DNA from: Azolla caroliniana
Lineage: Eukaryota; Plantae; Polypodiophyta
DNA length: 64,000 nucleotides
Direction of reading: 5' to 3'
Assembly: GCA_043228905.1 (NCBI GenBank)
Contig: JBHGNT010000017.1
Location: 10,540,001-10,604,000 of the forward strand
Each line of letters begins with the position of its first letter. Within the stretch, counting starts at the first letter, position 1. This document shows, piece by piece, positions 9,824 through 22,100 of the stretch. The position numbers and the translations under genes were made by a program. The notes beneath the pieces were generated by a model. The model saw nothing but the letters and a program-made list of their open reading frames with translations, had not been told where the DNA came from and made no database searches.

Positions 9824-12763
9824 TCATTGTTCACCCAAATTGTCCAAAATACTTTGTTCAAGAATTTCCACTTGTTCTTCCGGTTGTGGTTCTTGCGGCT
9901 GTGCTTGCTGCTGCTGCTGTGGTTGCGGTTGGGACTGAGGCTGCTCCGGCTGCTCTGCTTGCTGCTGCTGCTCCGTTTGTTCTGCTGACTCCGGCTGCCC
10001 CGTTTGTCTCTCTGACTCCGGCATCTCCATTTGACTGCTTCCGGTCCGGTCTCCTTCCAGTAACGGTTCCTCATCACTGAGGTTGACCGTAACCGGTTCT
10101 CGTTCTTTCTCTCCCCGGATCCGAGACCTCTCGTAGCTTTCAAACTGGATCTGCGCCTCCAGCCTGTCGTCGTCCAGCTGAGCTACAAGTTGCCGGACCT
10201 GCCCTAGTTGGTCATCTGCCAAGGCTTGAAAGTCTTCGGCAAGCTCATCTCTTATGCCGGTGAAGTCTTCGGAAGTCAGCATATAGCAATCATCTCCCTC
10301 CTTCCGCCGGTTCTCTACGTCGGCCCGGAGCAATTGGAGTTCCGCCGCGTTCGTGGCCCACTTGGTCCACCATTTGACGGAACCGTTGTCAATCAAGCTC
10401 TTGGTCTGGTTCAACCAGGCCCGCATTATATCCTGGATGCGACTTGCTCCCATTTGCGCTCTGCTTTCCACCACTTGTCGCTCCTCCTTCAACTGCTTGA
10501 TGAGGTTTGCCGTATCCTCCGCCTGCTCTCTGTAGCGCGTCAGCTGCCCTTGATATGTCGTTTGCAGCCTCTGCAGTACCTCCGCTGCTCTTTCTTTTTC
10601 CGCCTGCTGTTGCCTGAGGAGCTCTGTCCGAACCTTCTCTGCCTCTTCCAAACGTCTTCTGTTTTCCGCTTGTTCCTTGGCGAATGCGGTTGCGGTCCGA
10701 TCAACTGCTTGCCGGAGCTCATCCGTCCGTTCCTTGTGCTCCGTTTGCAACCGTTTATACTCCCGGTGCAAGTTCTCAAATTCCTCTGTTTTTTGTTTGA
10801 GCTTGCCGTTGATCTGGCGATGGTTACGGTCTTCCCGGTCCTTTACCTGCTGGAGTTCCTCTTTCAGGCGCTCTACTTCTGTTTCGGCGTTTCTCCGGAG
10901 CCTCTCCTTCTCTTGCAGCATTTTCTCCTTCTCCTCCTTGAGCCGGTCGTACGCTTGGTGTCCTTTCCGTAAGCTCTCCTCGGCCCGGCGTAGATTCTCA
11001 GCAGTCTTTTTGAGTTCTGCCTCCGCTGCCGTCTTCAATTCTCTTTCGCGGCTCCTCAGCGCTTCTTGGGCAGCTAGCTCATCCTTTAAGTCCGCAAGCT
11101 CTTGGGCTTGTGCCGCATTTCTTTCCGGAACGGTTTCCGTTGCCGGGGTCTGATTGCTATGTACAGGTTGATTTGACACTTTATTCTGTACATTGCCCGG
11201 AGTCACCGGTGCTTGGACTTGTGTTGTCAAAGCGAATTGAGCCATTTCCCTTGTGACCCTGTCCAAGTCTTGTTCAAGGCTCCGGATTCTGGACCGGGCC
11301 GTCTCTAGATCTACGGTTGTGACGAGCAACCGTTCCTGGTGCGCTCTCTCTTCCGCCTCTATATACTCGACCGCTCCGGCGATTTGCTCGCCTACCCACC
11401 GTAGCCACATGCTACTGGTGCCTTGCTGCTGTACTGGTCCTACTCCTTGGCCGCCGTGTGTGCTGGCTGGGCTCGCCGGCTGTTGAGTCCCGGTTCTCGC
11501 CGTCTCCGGAGCCGTTGGAATGACTTCTTCTATAGAAGTCGACAAGACCGGTTCCCTACGCACCGGTTCCGGTTCCTCCCTTGTGGTTTGCTCAGGTTGA
11601 GTTGGGGGCGTTTCTGCCTCTCGCGGGTACGACCGCTCCCCTCCTGTCTCGGCGGTCCTACTTCTTGACCGTCGTTGGAGGTGCTCTTCTGGCTCCTCCG
11701 TTTCCTCTTCCTGTGTAACGGCATGTTTCTGTGCCGTCAAGGGTTCCGGTTCCTTCTGTCCCGGTCGCCGTATGGTTATCTTAACGGGTCGAACCGGTGA
11801 CACCTCCTCCGGTTCTGAGAGCCGTTTCTTCCCTTTCGTCGCCTTCGACGCCAGCAGCTGCTGTCGTTTGGACGCCGGCTTCGAGGTGCTTCCTTCCGAT
11901 ACTCTTGGCTGCTTCTTTGGCTGAACGGTCTCGACCGGCGGCACGAGCAATGTTACCCACTGAGCTACGGCATGCCACAGCTTCCGGCCCTCCTTGCCGT
12001 CCTTTCCTCGTACCATGTCGATTGCCACGCACAAACCGTCTGCAATCAACACCGGCCAATCCACCTTGGTCCCTTCATAGGTGGCTATGATCATCCCTGC
12101 CCGATTTTTTGGCATGACAGGGGGTCGGGGATACACGTGGCCGTACTCATGGAGCACTCGAGCTATCTCCCTGAACAGCGGATCTTCACCGCCCTGCGTT
12201 CGATAGCCTTTGCCGGCAACAGAGTACTCACCGAAATATCGGGTGAGTTGCTCCGAGGTTGGATTATCAATCTGAAAAATTCCTCCCTCCGGAAGGCCTG
12301 TTAGCGCACGGATCGCTTCCTCGGTGATGACTTCCTTGTCGAGCTCCTTGATGACCTGGTCGGCTTCTCTGTGCGGTGGTGCTTCCATGATGGCCAAGAA
12401 CCCCTCCAGTCCGTGTTGCCTGAACCATTTCCTGGCCGCTTCCGACAGCGTTTGTGGTTCCATGTCTGCTTCGAGGTCGAGGGAAGATGGCGAGGTAGAG
12501 TGGTGATGAGAGTGAGAGCGAGAGAGAGAGCGTTCTGAACGTGGGGGTTCTCTGCGTGCAGGTTCGCGTTTGCTCAGCTTCCACTGCCTTGGTGCTTCTG
12601 TGCTTCTTGGCTCGCGAAATGAAAAGGTCTCCATGCGTTCTGCTTCTTCTTTGTGCGTTTTGGCGCCTTTTTCGAGCATGCACACGTCGTGTACCAATTT
12701 AGTATTAAGTAGCGTGGCGGCTCTTAAATGCCCACTTCGTACCTTTTCGCTCCTTACTTTCAC
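9824..12763 (-). CDS. Extra ORF downstream of pol: Athila-ORF2-like N-terminal domain, acidic linker, long coiled coil, conserved W-rich domain; start codon uncertain (first in-frame ATG 12679)
   Basis: Uninterrupted 979-codon frame with homologues in A and B. Motifs WFRQHGLEGFL, ALTGLPEGG and YEGTKVDWPVLIADGL. Confidence 0.85.
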   Translation of the reverse strand: MKVRSEKVRSGHLRAATLLNTKLVHDVCMLEKGAKTHKEEAERMETFSFREPRSTEAPRQWKLSKREPARREPPRSERSLSRSHSHHHSTSPSSLDLEADMEPQTLSEAARKWFRQHGLEGFLAIMEAPPHREADQVIKELDKEVITEEAIRALTGLPEGGIFQIDNPTSEQLTRYFGEYSVAGKGYRTQGGEDPLFREIARVLHEYGHVYPRPPVMPKNRAGMIIATYEGTKVDWPVLIADGLCVAIDMVRGKDGKEGRKLWHAVAQWVTLLVPPVETVQPKKQPRVSEGSTSKPASKRQQLLASKATKGKKRLSEPEEVSPVRPVKITIRRPGQKEPEPLTAQKHAVTQEEETEEPEEHLQRRSRSRTAETGGERSYPREAETPPTQPEQTTREEPEPVRREPVLSTSIEEVIPTAPETARTGTQQPASPASTHGGQGVGPVQQQGTSSMWLRWVGEQIAGAVEYIEAEERAHQERLLVTTVDLETARSRIRSLEQDLDRVTREMAQFALTTQVQAPVTPGNVQNKVSNQPVHSNQTPATETVPERNAAQAQELADLKDELAAQEALRSRERELKTAAEAELKKTAENLRRAEESLRKGHQAYDRLKEEKEKMLQEKERLRRNAETEVERLKEELQQVKDREDRNHRQINGKLKQKTEEFENLHREYKRLQTEHKERTDELRQAVDRTATAFAKEQAENRRRLEEAEKVRTELLRQQQAEKERAAEVLQRLQTTYQGQLTRYREQAEDTANLIKQLKEERQVVESRAQMGASRIQDIMRAWLNQTKSLIDNGSVKWWTKWATNAAELQLLRADVENRRKEGDDCYMLTSEDFTGIRDELAEDFQALADDQLGQVRQLVAQLDDDRLEAQIQFESYERSRIRGEKEREPVTVNLSDEEPLLEGDRTGSSQMEMPESERQTGQPESAEQTEQQQQAEQPEQPQSQPQPQQQQQAQPQEPQPEEQVEILEQSILDNLGEQ

Positions 12764-12829
12764 GTCCGTTCATACCTCGATTTTTAATGATTTTTTTTTT
12801 TTTTTTTTTCTAAATGACGGTATGTGGTC

Positions 12830-15800
12830 TTACGCATCCGTAGGTCCCTTCGGACCCTTACCGTTTTCCTTACGGTTTGCCGTGTCTTCCTTTGCCTCTG
12901 CTACGGGTTCCCCGTCGTCTTTTTCTTCCAGCCGTACCGTTCCCGGTATAGTGCCGGTGAGTTGCATAAACGGGTTACTTGGCATTGGTCCTTTATAGGG
13001 CTTTAGTCTAAATCCGTTCACCCACTTGCCTAGTACTTCACCGGCAAGTGTCCCTATCTGATAGGACCCGTTGTATTCCCGTGTCAGCCAATACGGGCCT
13101 GTCCATCTGAACCGGAGTTTACCCGGCATCTTGCCCATCCTTGTTTGGAATACTAGCACCGGCTTTCCGATTTCGAACATCTTTTCATTACCTTTCCGGT
13201 GACGGTCAACGAACGCTTTCCGTCGTTGTTGCTCCAGTTCCATGTGGAGGATGCTAGCCAGCCGTTGCTCCTCCAGTTCGCATAGTGCTGCTAGCCGCAT
13301 TTCCTCCGACTTCTTTTCATTCAGCCGTTCCCGTAGTTGGATCCGTAAGCTTGGTACCTGAAATTCCACCGGCATGACCGCTTCTAAACCGAATGCTAAC
13401 CGGAACGGCGTTGTCCGGATACTTGTTTTGTATGCCGTTCTGTACGCCCATAGCGCGCTATGGAGCTTTGTATCCCAGTCCGTCCGGTTTTCGTTGACGA
13501 TTTTGCGGAGAATGTTCTGCAGCGTTTTGTTGGTGGACTCTGCTAACCCGTTCGCTTGTGGGTAGTACGGTGTGCTCCGTTTATGGACCACGGCATAGAA
13601 CGTTGTTAAGCTTTCCACTACCTGGCCGAGGAAGTGCCCTCCTTGGTCGCTGATCAATTCAATCGGTCATCCATATCGGCACCAAATGTTCTCGTACAGG
13701 AATTTTGCTGTGGATGCCGCGGTATTGTCTCTCAAGGCCTTAGCTTCCACCCATTTAGTGCAATAATCCGTTGCCACGATGACATAACGATTACCCGTTC
13801 TCATTGCCGGTGGCTTGAACGGTCCGACAAAATCCAACCCCCACTTCTGGAATGGCTCTAGTGGAAGTACCGGTTGGTGTGGCATCCGTGCTTGCTCCGT
13901 AGGCTGGCCCATTCGTTGGCATAGGTCACATTCCTTAGCATACTTGACGGCGTCTTTTAACGTCGTGGGCCACCATAAGCCGCTCTGCCATACTTTCCTT
14001 GCCGTCGCTTCCCCGGCATAGTGTCCTCCGGCAACCCCACAGTGTGCTTCCCGTAAGATTACTTCTTTCTCGTCACTACGGACTGCCCGTCTCCATATTC
14101 CATCTGCTCCTTTGTGGTAGAGAGTGTCCCGTAACAGACAGAAATTGCGGCTCTGCACCGCCAGTCGTTTCCTCTCGTCCCGGTTCATTTCCTCTGGTGG
14201 CAGGCCCGTGCTTAGGAACTGGTGCATGTTTGTCAGCCACCTATCTTCTGATGCCACCGTGTCGTCCGCTGCCGTTTCCGGGGTGATACGGAATAACTCC
14301 GCGTCCGGGAATTCATCCGCTACCCCGTCGCCTGGTTCTCCGGACTCTAACCGGCTCAGGTAGTCTGCTACGGCATGCTGGATACCGGGCCGGTGGAAGA
14401 TCTCGAATTCGAACTCCTGCAACAGCAAGGTCCAACGGGCCAACTTACCGGTCAGGGACGCCTTGGACACTAAGTACAGGAGCGCCGAGTGATCCACATG
14501 AAAGGAGAACTTCCTTCCCAATAGGTAATGACGAAACTTTGTTACACTGTAGATCATGCCCAGGGCCTCCCGTTCCGTAGTCGAATAGTTCTTCTCCGCT
14601 TGGGACAGCTTCCGGCTGGCGTAATATACCGGCCGGTACCATTTAGGCTCCGTAAGTTGCATTAAGGCGCTGCCGATAGCGATGTCGGACGCGTCAACGA
14701 ACACGTGAAATTCCTTGCTCCAATCCGGAGGCTGCACGACGGGTGCTTGCGACAAGAGTACCTTCAGGGCATTGTATGCCTTATCCTCCGTATCCGTCCA
14801 TTGGAACGGTGTCCGATGTACCGCGATGTGTAATGGTGTAGCCAAGTCAGCCAAGTGACGGAGCATCCGGCTGTGCCACCGGATCTGTCCTAAGAATCGG
14901 CTTAGTGCTTTGGCTGTTTTCGGCGCCGGTGCCCCTAGTATGGCGTTTACTTTATCCGGGTCGACCGCAATGCCCTCCTTACTTACAATGTGTCCCAGCA
15001 ATATTCCACTTGAAACTCCAAAGATGCATTTTGCTGGGTTTAAGCTTAGCCGGTATAACCTACACTTTTCAAGGCATAACCGTAGGTGCTGCAAATGGTC
15101 TTTTCCCCGGCTATAGACTGCAAAATCATCCAGGAAAACTTGCATGAAGGCAGGAATGTATTCGCCGAAGATCTCCATGATGATTCGCTGGAACGTTGCT
15201 GGTGCCGTTTTTAGGCCAAACATCATGACTTCGGCCACAAACACCCCCCATTCGGTGACGAACGCTGTCTTCTCCTGGTCGTCCGGGTGCATCCGGATTT
15301 GATTGTAACCGCTGAACCCGTCTAAAAAACTATAGACTTCATGACCGGCGACGGCATCCAGTACTCCGTCCGTGAACGGAAGAGGGAATGCATCCGTAAT
15401 TGTGGCGGCATTTAGTTTCCTGTAATCTACACACATGCGGATTTTACCGTTCTTCTTGGGAACGACGACGATGGGGCTCAGCCACGTCGCTTTCTTTACC
15501 GGCCGGATGAAGCCCACTCTTAGGAGTTTGTCGATTTCCTCCTTCACTTTGGCGGCGTAGTTGGGGTTCATTCGGTAACGTCGTTGCGCCACTGGTTTCG
15601 CGTCCTTGCCTAAGTGGATCTGATGCTGATATAATTGAGGGTCCAGCCCTCGCATGTCTTCGTATGACCAGGCGAATACGTCGCGAAACTCCGTGAGAAG
15701 TTTGATCATCGCCGCTTTATCTTCCGGCTTCATTTCTTTGGCGATGTGTACCGGCTTTGATTCGTCCTTGCTTCCTAGGTTCACTTCGTCGAGCTGGGAT

Positions 15801-18700
15801 GCCTTTACCCGTTGGGAAACGGCCATTTCCCGTTCCAACGCTTCCTGTGCTTGCCGTAATTCCCGAATCGCATCTTTGTCTGGTTCGGCTTCGGTTTTGT
15901 CCCGCTGCGGCAAGTATGGCGCTACGGCTTCAGCCACGTCAATCTCGAAGAGTGGTACGATCTTCGGATGTTCCTCCAAGTACTGGGCTTCTTCGTCGTC
16001 TGCCAACCCTTCAAGCATGTTCACGCATTCCGCATATAGCGGTGTGCATTCCTTACCGTTGCTCGTCCGTGGTTGTGTCAGAACCTGGACCTTGGCTTTT
16101 CCGCGCTGGAAGGTAATCATATTTTTCCGCCAATTTTGCTTGATGTGTGCTGTTTTCAACCATGGTCTGCCCAGCAACAGTGGGTACGCGCCTTGCGCCT
16201 GTAGCTGCAGCACTACAGCCGAGATGTGAAATGTGTGGCCTCCTATGGTGACTTCCAATTTCCGTATTAAGCCCGTCGGCCGTACAGAGCTCGTATCCGC
16301 CATCCATAGCCAGAACGGACATGGCTCCCATTCATGTATACCCAAGGCATCACACGTGCGGAGGCTTATTACGTTCACCCCGGAACCTCCATCGATTACT
16401 GTGCCGGGAAGTTCGTGCCCTTTGACAATAGCTGTAATTACCGGACTACTAGTGTCCACCACCGTCGGTCCCTCCTCCGGATTCGAGAAGAGGACTGGTG
16501 CCGGTGAGGCTATACCGTCTGTCGTGCCCGTTTTTAGTCCTTCCGTAAATCGCGGCACGAGCTGCAAGAGTCTTCCTAACGGCAACGTGATCTGACATTC
16601 TTGCAGTGCTTGCCATGTCTCGTTTTCTGGGTGGCTACCGCCGGCACTCCCTATGGTATTCGCCTTTTGCCGTTCCGCATCCGCGACGTTCCTTTCATTG
16701 GCTTCCTTCACCCATTCCGTCGCCTGTTTTCGTACGGCCTCTTGTGTTTCCCACTCTTTGGCCATGCCTTTCGACCGTGTGGTTACTTGCTGTACATCCG
16801 TCACTTCCGGAACCACCATATTAACTGCTGGTCGTTTCTCGTAGCTCTTTACCGGGCACTGGTTACTGTAGTGGCCTTCCTGCCTGCAGTAGTAGCAGTA
16901 CTCTTTACGGGTATTGCTGGATTCAGCATTGCTGGTAGCCGGAGTCGTTCCCGTAGTGAGTGGTGCGTTCTGTGCCGGTTGGCTCCTTGGGGTTCCATGT
17001 TCCGGGTCCCTAGGGTGACCACCTTTCTTGAAATTACGTTTCTTATTATTCTTATTTTTATTTCGGTAGTCCGGTCGTGGTGGATCGTAAAATCGGCCGT
17101 AGTCCTCTTGGTGCCTTCGGTAACCAGGGGAATGGTCTCTGTCGTATTGCTCGTGTCGCCTGTTGGGCTCCCGATAACGGTCCGATCGCTCATACCGGTC
17201 GTAGTTATCATGCCGATTCCCGTACTGGCCCTCATTCTCTTGTTTGTCGCCGTACCGGACATCCTGTGCCGGTCGGTACCGGTTCATTCTTTGCCAACGA
17301 CCTTCATCTTCGTCTCGGCTGTTTCCTGGCTCGATCCGTCGGACGGGTGGTGCTTGTCGGTTTAACAGGTTATACTCGCACCGGTCCGTTGTATGACTCT
17401 TGGATTGACAAATCACACACTGGGTTCGCATGGTGCACTCCACTGCCGAGTGTCCGGCATTCAAGCAGATTGTGCATTGAATTGCCTGCCGGAACCGGAG
17501 ATCTTCCTCGGTGGGTAACGCCCGTTGCAGTGTTCCCAGTGTAAGCCATGAGCTTGACTTTTCCATTTCTCTGACCCGGTCAATGACCTGGTCGATGGTG
17601 CATCCTCGAAAGTCGATCACCGTACACACCGTGCGTAACGGTTCCCGGAGTGCGTTTAAAAATATCGTCCGTAATTCCTCCTCCGGGGGTGCACGGGCAA
17701 GCTGGCTATGCATTCGTTGGAAACGGATGACGAATTGGGGAATGCTTTCCCCTGCCTCCTGTCGGATCGTATAAAACAGGCCCACCATTGTCGTCTGGTC
17801 GACCTCCTTGTGGAAAAAATGCAAGAATTTTGCTTTTAATTCTGCAAAGGTTGTGATGGTCGCCGGGTCCTGCGTCCGCCGCCATCGTGTCGCTGGTCCC
17901 TCCAACGTGACTCCGAATTCCGCTATCTTCGAGCGTTCTTCTTCCTCCGGTGTCATTCGCTGGGACGTGTGATTTGCTTCCCATGTCTGCTCGAAGTCAT
18001 GAACATGCGCTTCCGCGTCCGGATCATCGCGATACTTTGAGTATTGGAACGGCATGTCGTCGTCCAGTATTAGGCCGCGGTTTAGTGGCGTTTGTTGATA
18101 TCTTTCCGGTTTTTTCTCCGGTTCCACTTCCGGTTCTTGTGCCGGTGCTTTTTCTGGTTCCTTTTCCGGTTCTTCTTCCAGTTCCTTCACCGGCTCTTCT
18201 TCCGGTACTTTTGCCGGCTCTTTCGTTGGTGTCGGTGGCTTTGCTTCTTCCACTTCCGGTGTTGGTGGGTTGACGGCTTCCGTTTGCGGTTCCGGATAGC
18301 CCTGGTTGAGCGGTTCCGGTTCTGGAGTCGGCACGGTATCCGACCCGTCGTCCTCCGGGTCGCCGGGGGTATCGTTGCTGCTCCGGTAGTTCGTGTGCAC
18401 GCTGTATCCCGCTTCGGAATCCGATTCGTAGGCTGAAAAGGCTTCTGCCTCGTTTTCTCCGCTTGCCAGTGCCTCCAGGAGGCGTTCGGTTTCCCGGAGA
18501 CTACTTAGACTGCTTCCGTCGTCCTGGTCGCAAGTTTGCCGTAACCGGAGAGATTCCTCCGCGACTCTCCGGATCTCGTTGGAGAACGAACGATCCGAGC
18601 GAATTTCCTGCGCTGCTTGCTGGAAAGTCTCACGCCGTCTTTGCCGTTCGGCGAGGCGTCGAGCTCGGTCTGTAACCAAGTCGTGCGTTGGTCTAGTCAT
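12830..18700 (-). CDS. gag-pol: Gag-Pol of E (Gag, 3 CCHC knuckles, PR, RT, RNase H, INT) with one in-frame TGA at 13667-13669
   Basis: PR VIDGGS; [18 protein letters not shown] and FLDD; RNase H DAS, ERE and DH; INT HHCC, WGLDF, SDQG, NGLAE and GPY. ORFs 13667-18700 and 12830-13657 share one frame. Confidence 0.95.
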
Positions 18701-18733
18701 CCATTACCGTCGTTCGCTGCGAGAAAGCAGGAA

Positions 18734-18745
18734 TCGTGGTCGCCA
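18734..18745 (-). promoter_or_regulatory. PBS of E, tRNA-Arg(UCG) type
   Basis: TGGCGACCACGA lies 6 nt after the 5' LTR; the same sequence is in B. Confidence 0.8.
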
Positions 18746-18751
18746 AAACTG

Positions 18752-19169
18752 TGTTATTCGCTTAGCCGGACAAGGCCTAACACAAGGTGTCACGGAGACA
18801 CTTCACCAAAGGGTGATTACGGCATAGGATTAAGATTCAACGATTACACCGACTTACGTAGGTTACACGATTAGAATGCTTTGGTTAATTACACGCGTAA
18901 GATATAACAGTAATTACAGAACGGAAATCAAGACAGAAGTATAAACATCATAAGCTCTATTAATTATCCGCTGCGATTACAATGGGGTCCGGGCCTTTAA
19001 ATAGGTTTCCGGCCCGTAGTACAAAACGGTGCCTCTCGCACCTATTCGGGATCCGTCCGGATCTGGAACGGCATACCGTTTCCAGTCCGTCTGTCCACAC
19101 TATGCTTATTACAACCATACTAATTAATTCCTTCACTCCGTATTTTGGACTCCTTGCCGGCCGGTAACA
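18752..19169 (-). repeat. 5' LTR of E
   Basis: Direct repeat of 9354-9771. Confidence 0.97.
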
Positions 19170-19174
19170 CTTCT

Positions 19175-22100
19175 CTCCTTTTGTCTTCGGGCTTTGATTG
19201 CCGGACAACTTGCAGTTTGCCGGAAGTGTCGATCCGACCGGTTTTGCATCTGACATGTTGAACCGGTGAAGCACCTTTGTCACATACTTCTCCTGTGACA
19301 GCCATAGTTGCTTCACTGACCGGTCCCGAATGATGTGCATCCCCAACATCTGTCTTGCCGGACCCAAGTCCTTCATTGAGAAGGTCCGGTTGAGAGCCTT
19401 CTTCAGCATCCGTATTTTTCCTTGGTCTCGTCCGACGATCAACATGTCATCCACGTACAGAAGGAGTATCAGGAAGTCCCCTCCTTCGAACTTCTTCACA
19501 AACACGCAGTGATCGGCCTGCGTCTTGTGGTACCCTTGATCGGTCATGAAGGAGTCGAACTTCCGATACCATTGCCGGGGAGCCTGCTTCAGTCCGTATA
19601 GGCTCTTCTTCAACCGGCATACCAAGTGCTCCTTCCCTTTCTCCACAAATCCTTCCGGTTGCTGCATGTAGATCTCCTCTTCGAGGTCGCCGTGAAGGAA
19701 TGCCGTCTTCACGTCCAGCTGCTCTACCTCGAGATCCATGCTTGCCGCTATACTCAGCACCGTCCGGATGGAGGTCATCTTTACTACCGGGGCGAATATT
19801 TCGTCGAAGTCCACGCCCTTCTTCTGCTGGAACCCCTTCACCACGATCCTGGATTTGTATCTCGGGGGGTTGCCGGCATCTCCCGGTTTCAACTTGAATA
19901 CCCACTTGTTTCGGAGTGCCCGCTTTCCTTTTGGCAGCTCCACCAATTCGTACGTATGGTTCTCATGCAGGGAATCCATCTCATCCTGCATGGCATTTAA
20001 CCATTTTCGGTTGTGGGTTTCAACCTTCGCTTCTTCGAAGCTTTCGGCTCCCCCTCATCGGTCAGCAGGACATGCTCTGCATCCGGAAATCTCCGGGGCG
20101 CCCTTCTCTCTCTGAGAGGATATCTACGTCTTCGGGCTTCGGTAATCGGTTCCTCCATTTGCTCTTCATCCGAATCCGATTCGGGGTCTTGACCGGTTCC
20201 GGTCTCAGCTTCCTCTACTTCTTCTTCTGCCGGTTCGGTATCCTCACCGTAACCGGCTGGTTCCTCGAGTGCTAACCGGTCTCTTGCCGGTTGGGTCTGC
20301 TCATTGTAGAGTCTATCCTTACCGGTCGACTCGGAGTTCATTATCTTCTCCTCCGACTCCCAGTCGGCGAGCGTATTGTCCTCCATGAAGATAATATCTC
20401 GACTCCGGAATACCTTCTTGTCGACCGGGTCCCACACTCGGTAGCCGAACTCATCGTCACCGTAACCGAGGAATATGCATGGCCGGGTCTTTGGATCTAG
20501 CTTTCCTCTCCGGTCCTTTGCTACATGCACGTACGCGAGACACCCGAACACCCTCAGATGCCGGTAGGACACTTCCTTACCGGTCCATACTCTCTGTGGC
20601 GTGTCTCCGTCCAAGGGTACTGAGGGTGATCTGTTTATCACATATGTCGCCGTCGACAGTGCCTCAGCCCAAAACTTCTTGGATAGTTTTGCATGCGCTA
20701 GCATACTCCGGACCCTCTCCATTATGGTCCGGTTCATCCTCTCGGCTAGTCCGTTTAGTTCCGGCGTCTTCGGCACGGTAAATTCGAGCCGGATTCCCTT
20801 CGAGCGGCAGTACTCCTCGAACTGCCCCCGGTACTCACCTCCGTTATCTGCTCGAACCGCCTTCAGCTTCCGGCCGGTTTCTCTTTCCACTCTCGCGTGG
20901 AGCTCTTTGAAGACGGATAACACCTGATCCTTTGTCTTCAGCGGTGTGGCCCACAGCTTCCGGCTGTGGTCATCTATGAACGTCACGAAGTACTGCGCTC
21001 CGGCATGTGACTTCGTGTCTACTTGACAGACATCCGTATGCACCAACTCCAGTGGTGCATTACGTCTCATCGGTGGCCTTGGTCGGAAGGAGGTCCGGTT
21101 CTGTTTACCGGCCAGACAATCAGTGCACTTCTCTAAATGCACGTTCTTCACTGGGATGAGGTTGTCGTCTGCAAGCCTCTTCATCCCCTTCTCACTCATG
21201 TGACACAGCCTCTTGTGCCACAGCTCACCGGCAGTGTCGGAAGCCACGTTCACTTCTTCCGGACATAACCGGGTATTCATCAGGTACAGTGTGTTTACCT
21301 TCCGGGCCCGAGCCACAATCAGGCTCCCTTTGCTGAACTTCATAACACCGTTCCGGATGCTACCCGTGTAGCCTTCATCATCTAGCCTACCGGCTAATAT
21401 CAAGTTCAGACGAACTTCCGGAACGTGTCGGACATTTTTCAACAGCAGCTTGCATCCGGTTGGTGTTGTCAGCCACACGTCTCCTATGCCGACAATTCGG
21501 CATGTTCCTTCATTCCCCATCCGGACACAGCCGTGATCACTGACTGAGTAGGATGAGAAGCATTTCCGGTCCGGGGTAAGGTGGAACGACGCTCCGGAGT
21601 CTACCACCCAGGTCATCTCATCGCCGGCATGGTTTATCTCACTCTCCTCGGTGATGAGCATCAACTCCTCTTCACTTGCCGCAATTGCCGTCGTTCCCTT
21701 CCGGTCTGGCCCCCTCCGGTCTTTACCGTTCCAGTCTGTACCGTTCCGGTCTGTACCGTTCCGGTTCGGGGTTTGCTTCGAATCGGTACCGTCGGTTTCC
21801 TTGTCTTTACGGAAATGCCGACAGTTCTTTTGGAAGTGTCCTGGCTTGCCGCAATAGAAGCAAGTAGGCCTCCCCCTTGACTTTGATCGTGTCCCCGACT
21901 TCTCCCGGTTCAGGGGACTACGGTTTCTCTGTCTTCCGCATTCCGATTCGGTAAGGAGCGCTTTGGAGTCGGAGCTCGTATCTTTGTCTTTCCGACGAGC
22001 CTCCTCATCTAGCAAGCTCGACTTTACTCTTGCTAGGGATAGCCGTTTTCCTTCCGGCCCGGCGTTGCCCAAAGTAACAACCAACGTCTCCCAGCTATCC

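Larger units (their letters stand above)
9354..19169 (-). mobile_element. Ty3/Gypsy non-chromovirus (Athila-like) element E, very young, near-intact
   Basis: 418-bp LTRs at 9354-9771 and 18752-19169 (one difference seen). Perfect TSD CTTCT. PBS at 18734-18745; gag-pol plus a sense extra ORF. Confidence 0.97.

Noticed and set aside
9824-12763. True retroviral env gene
   Set aside because: No signal peptide, fusion peptide or transmembrane helix is visible.
13667-13669. Programmed readthrough in integrase
   Set aside because: Element B has a Cys codon at this position, so a nonsense mutation or sequencing error is simpler.
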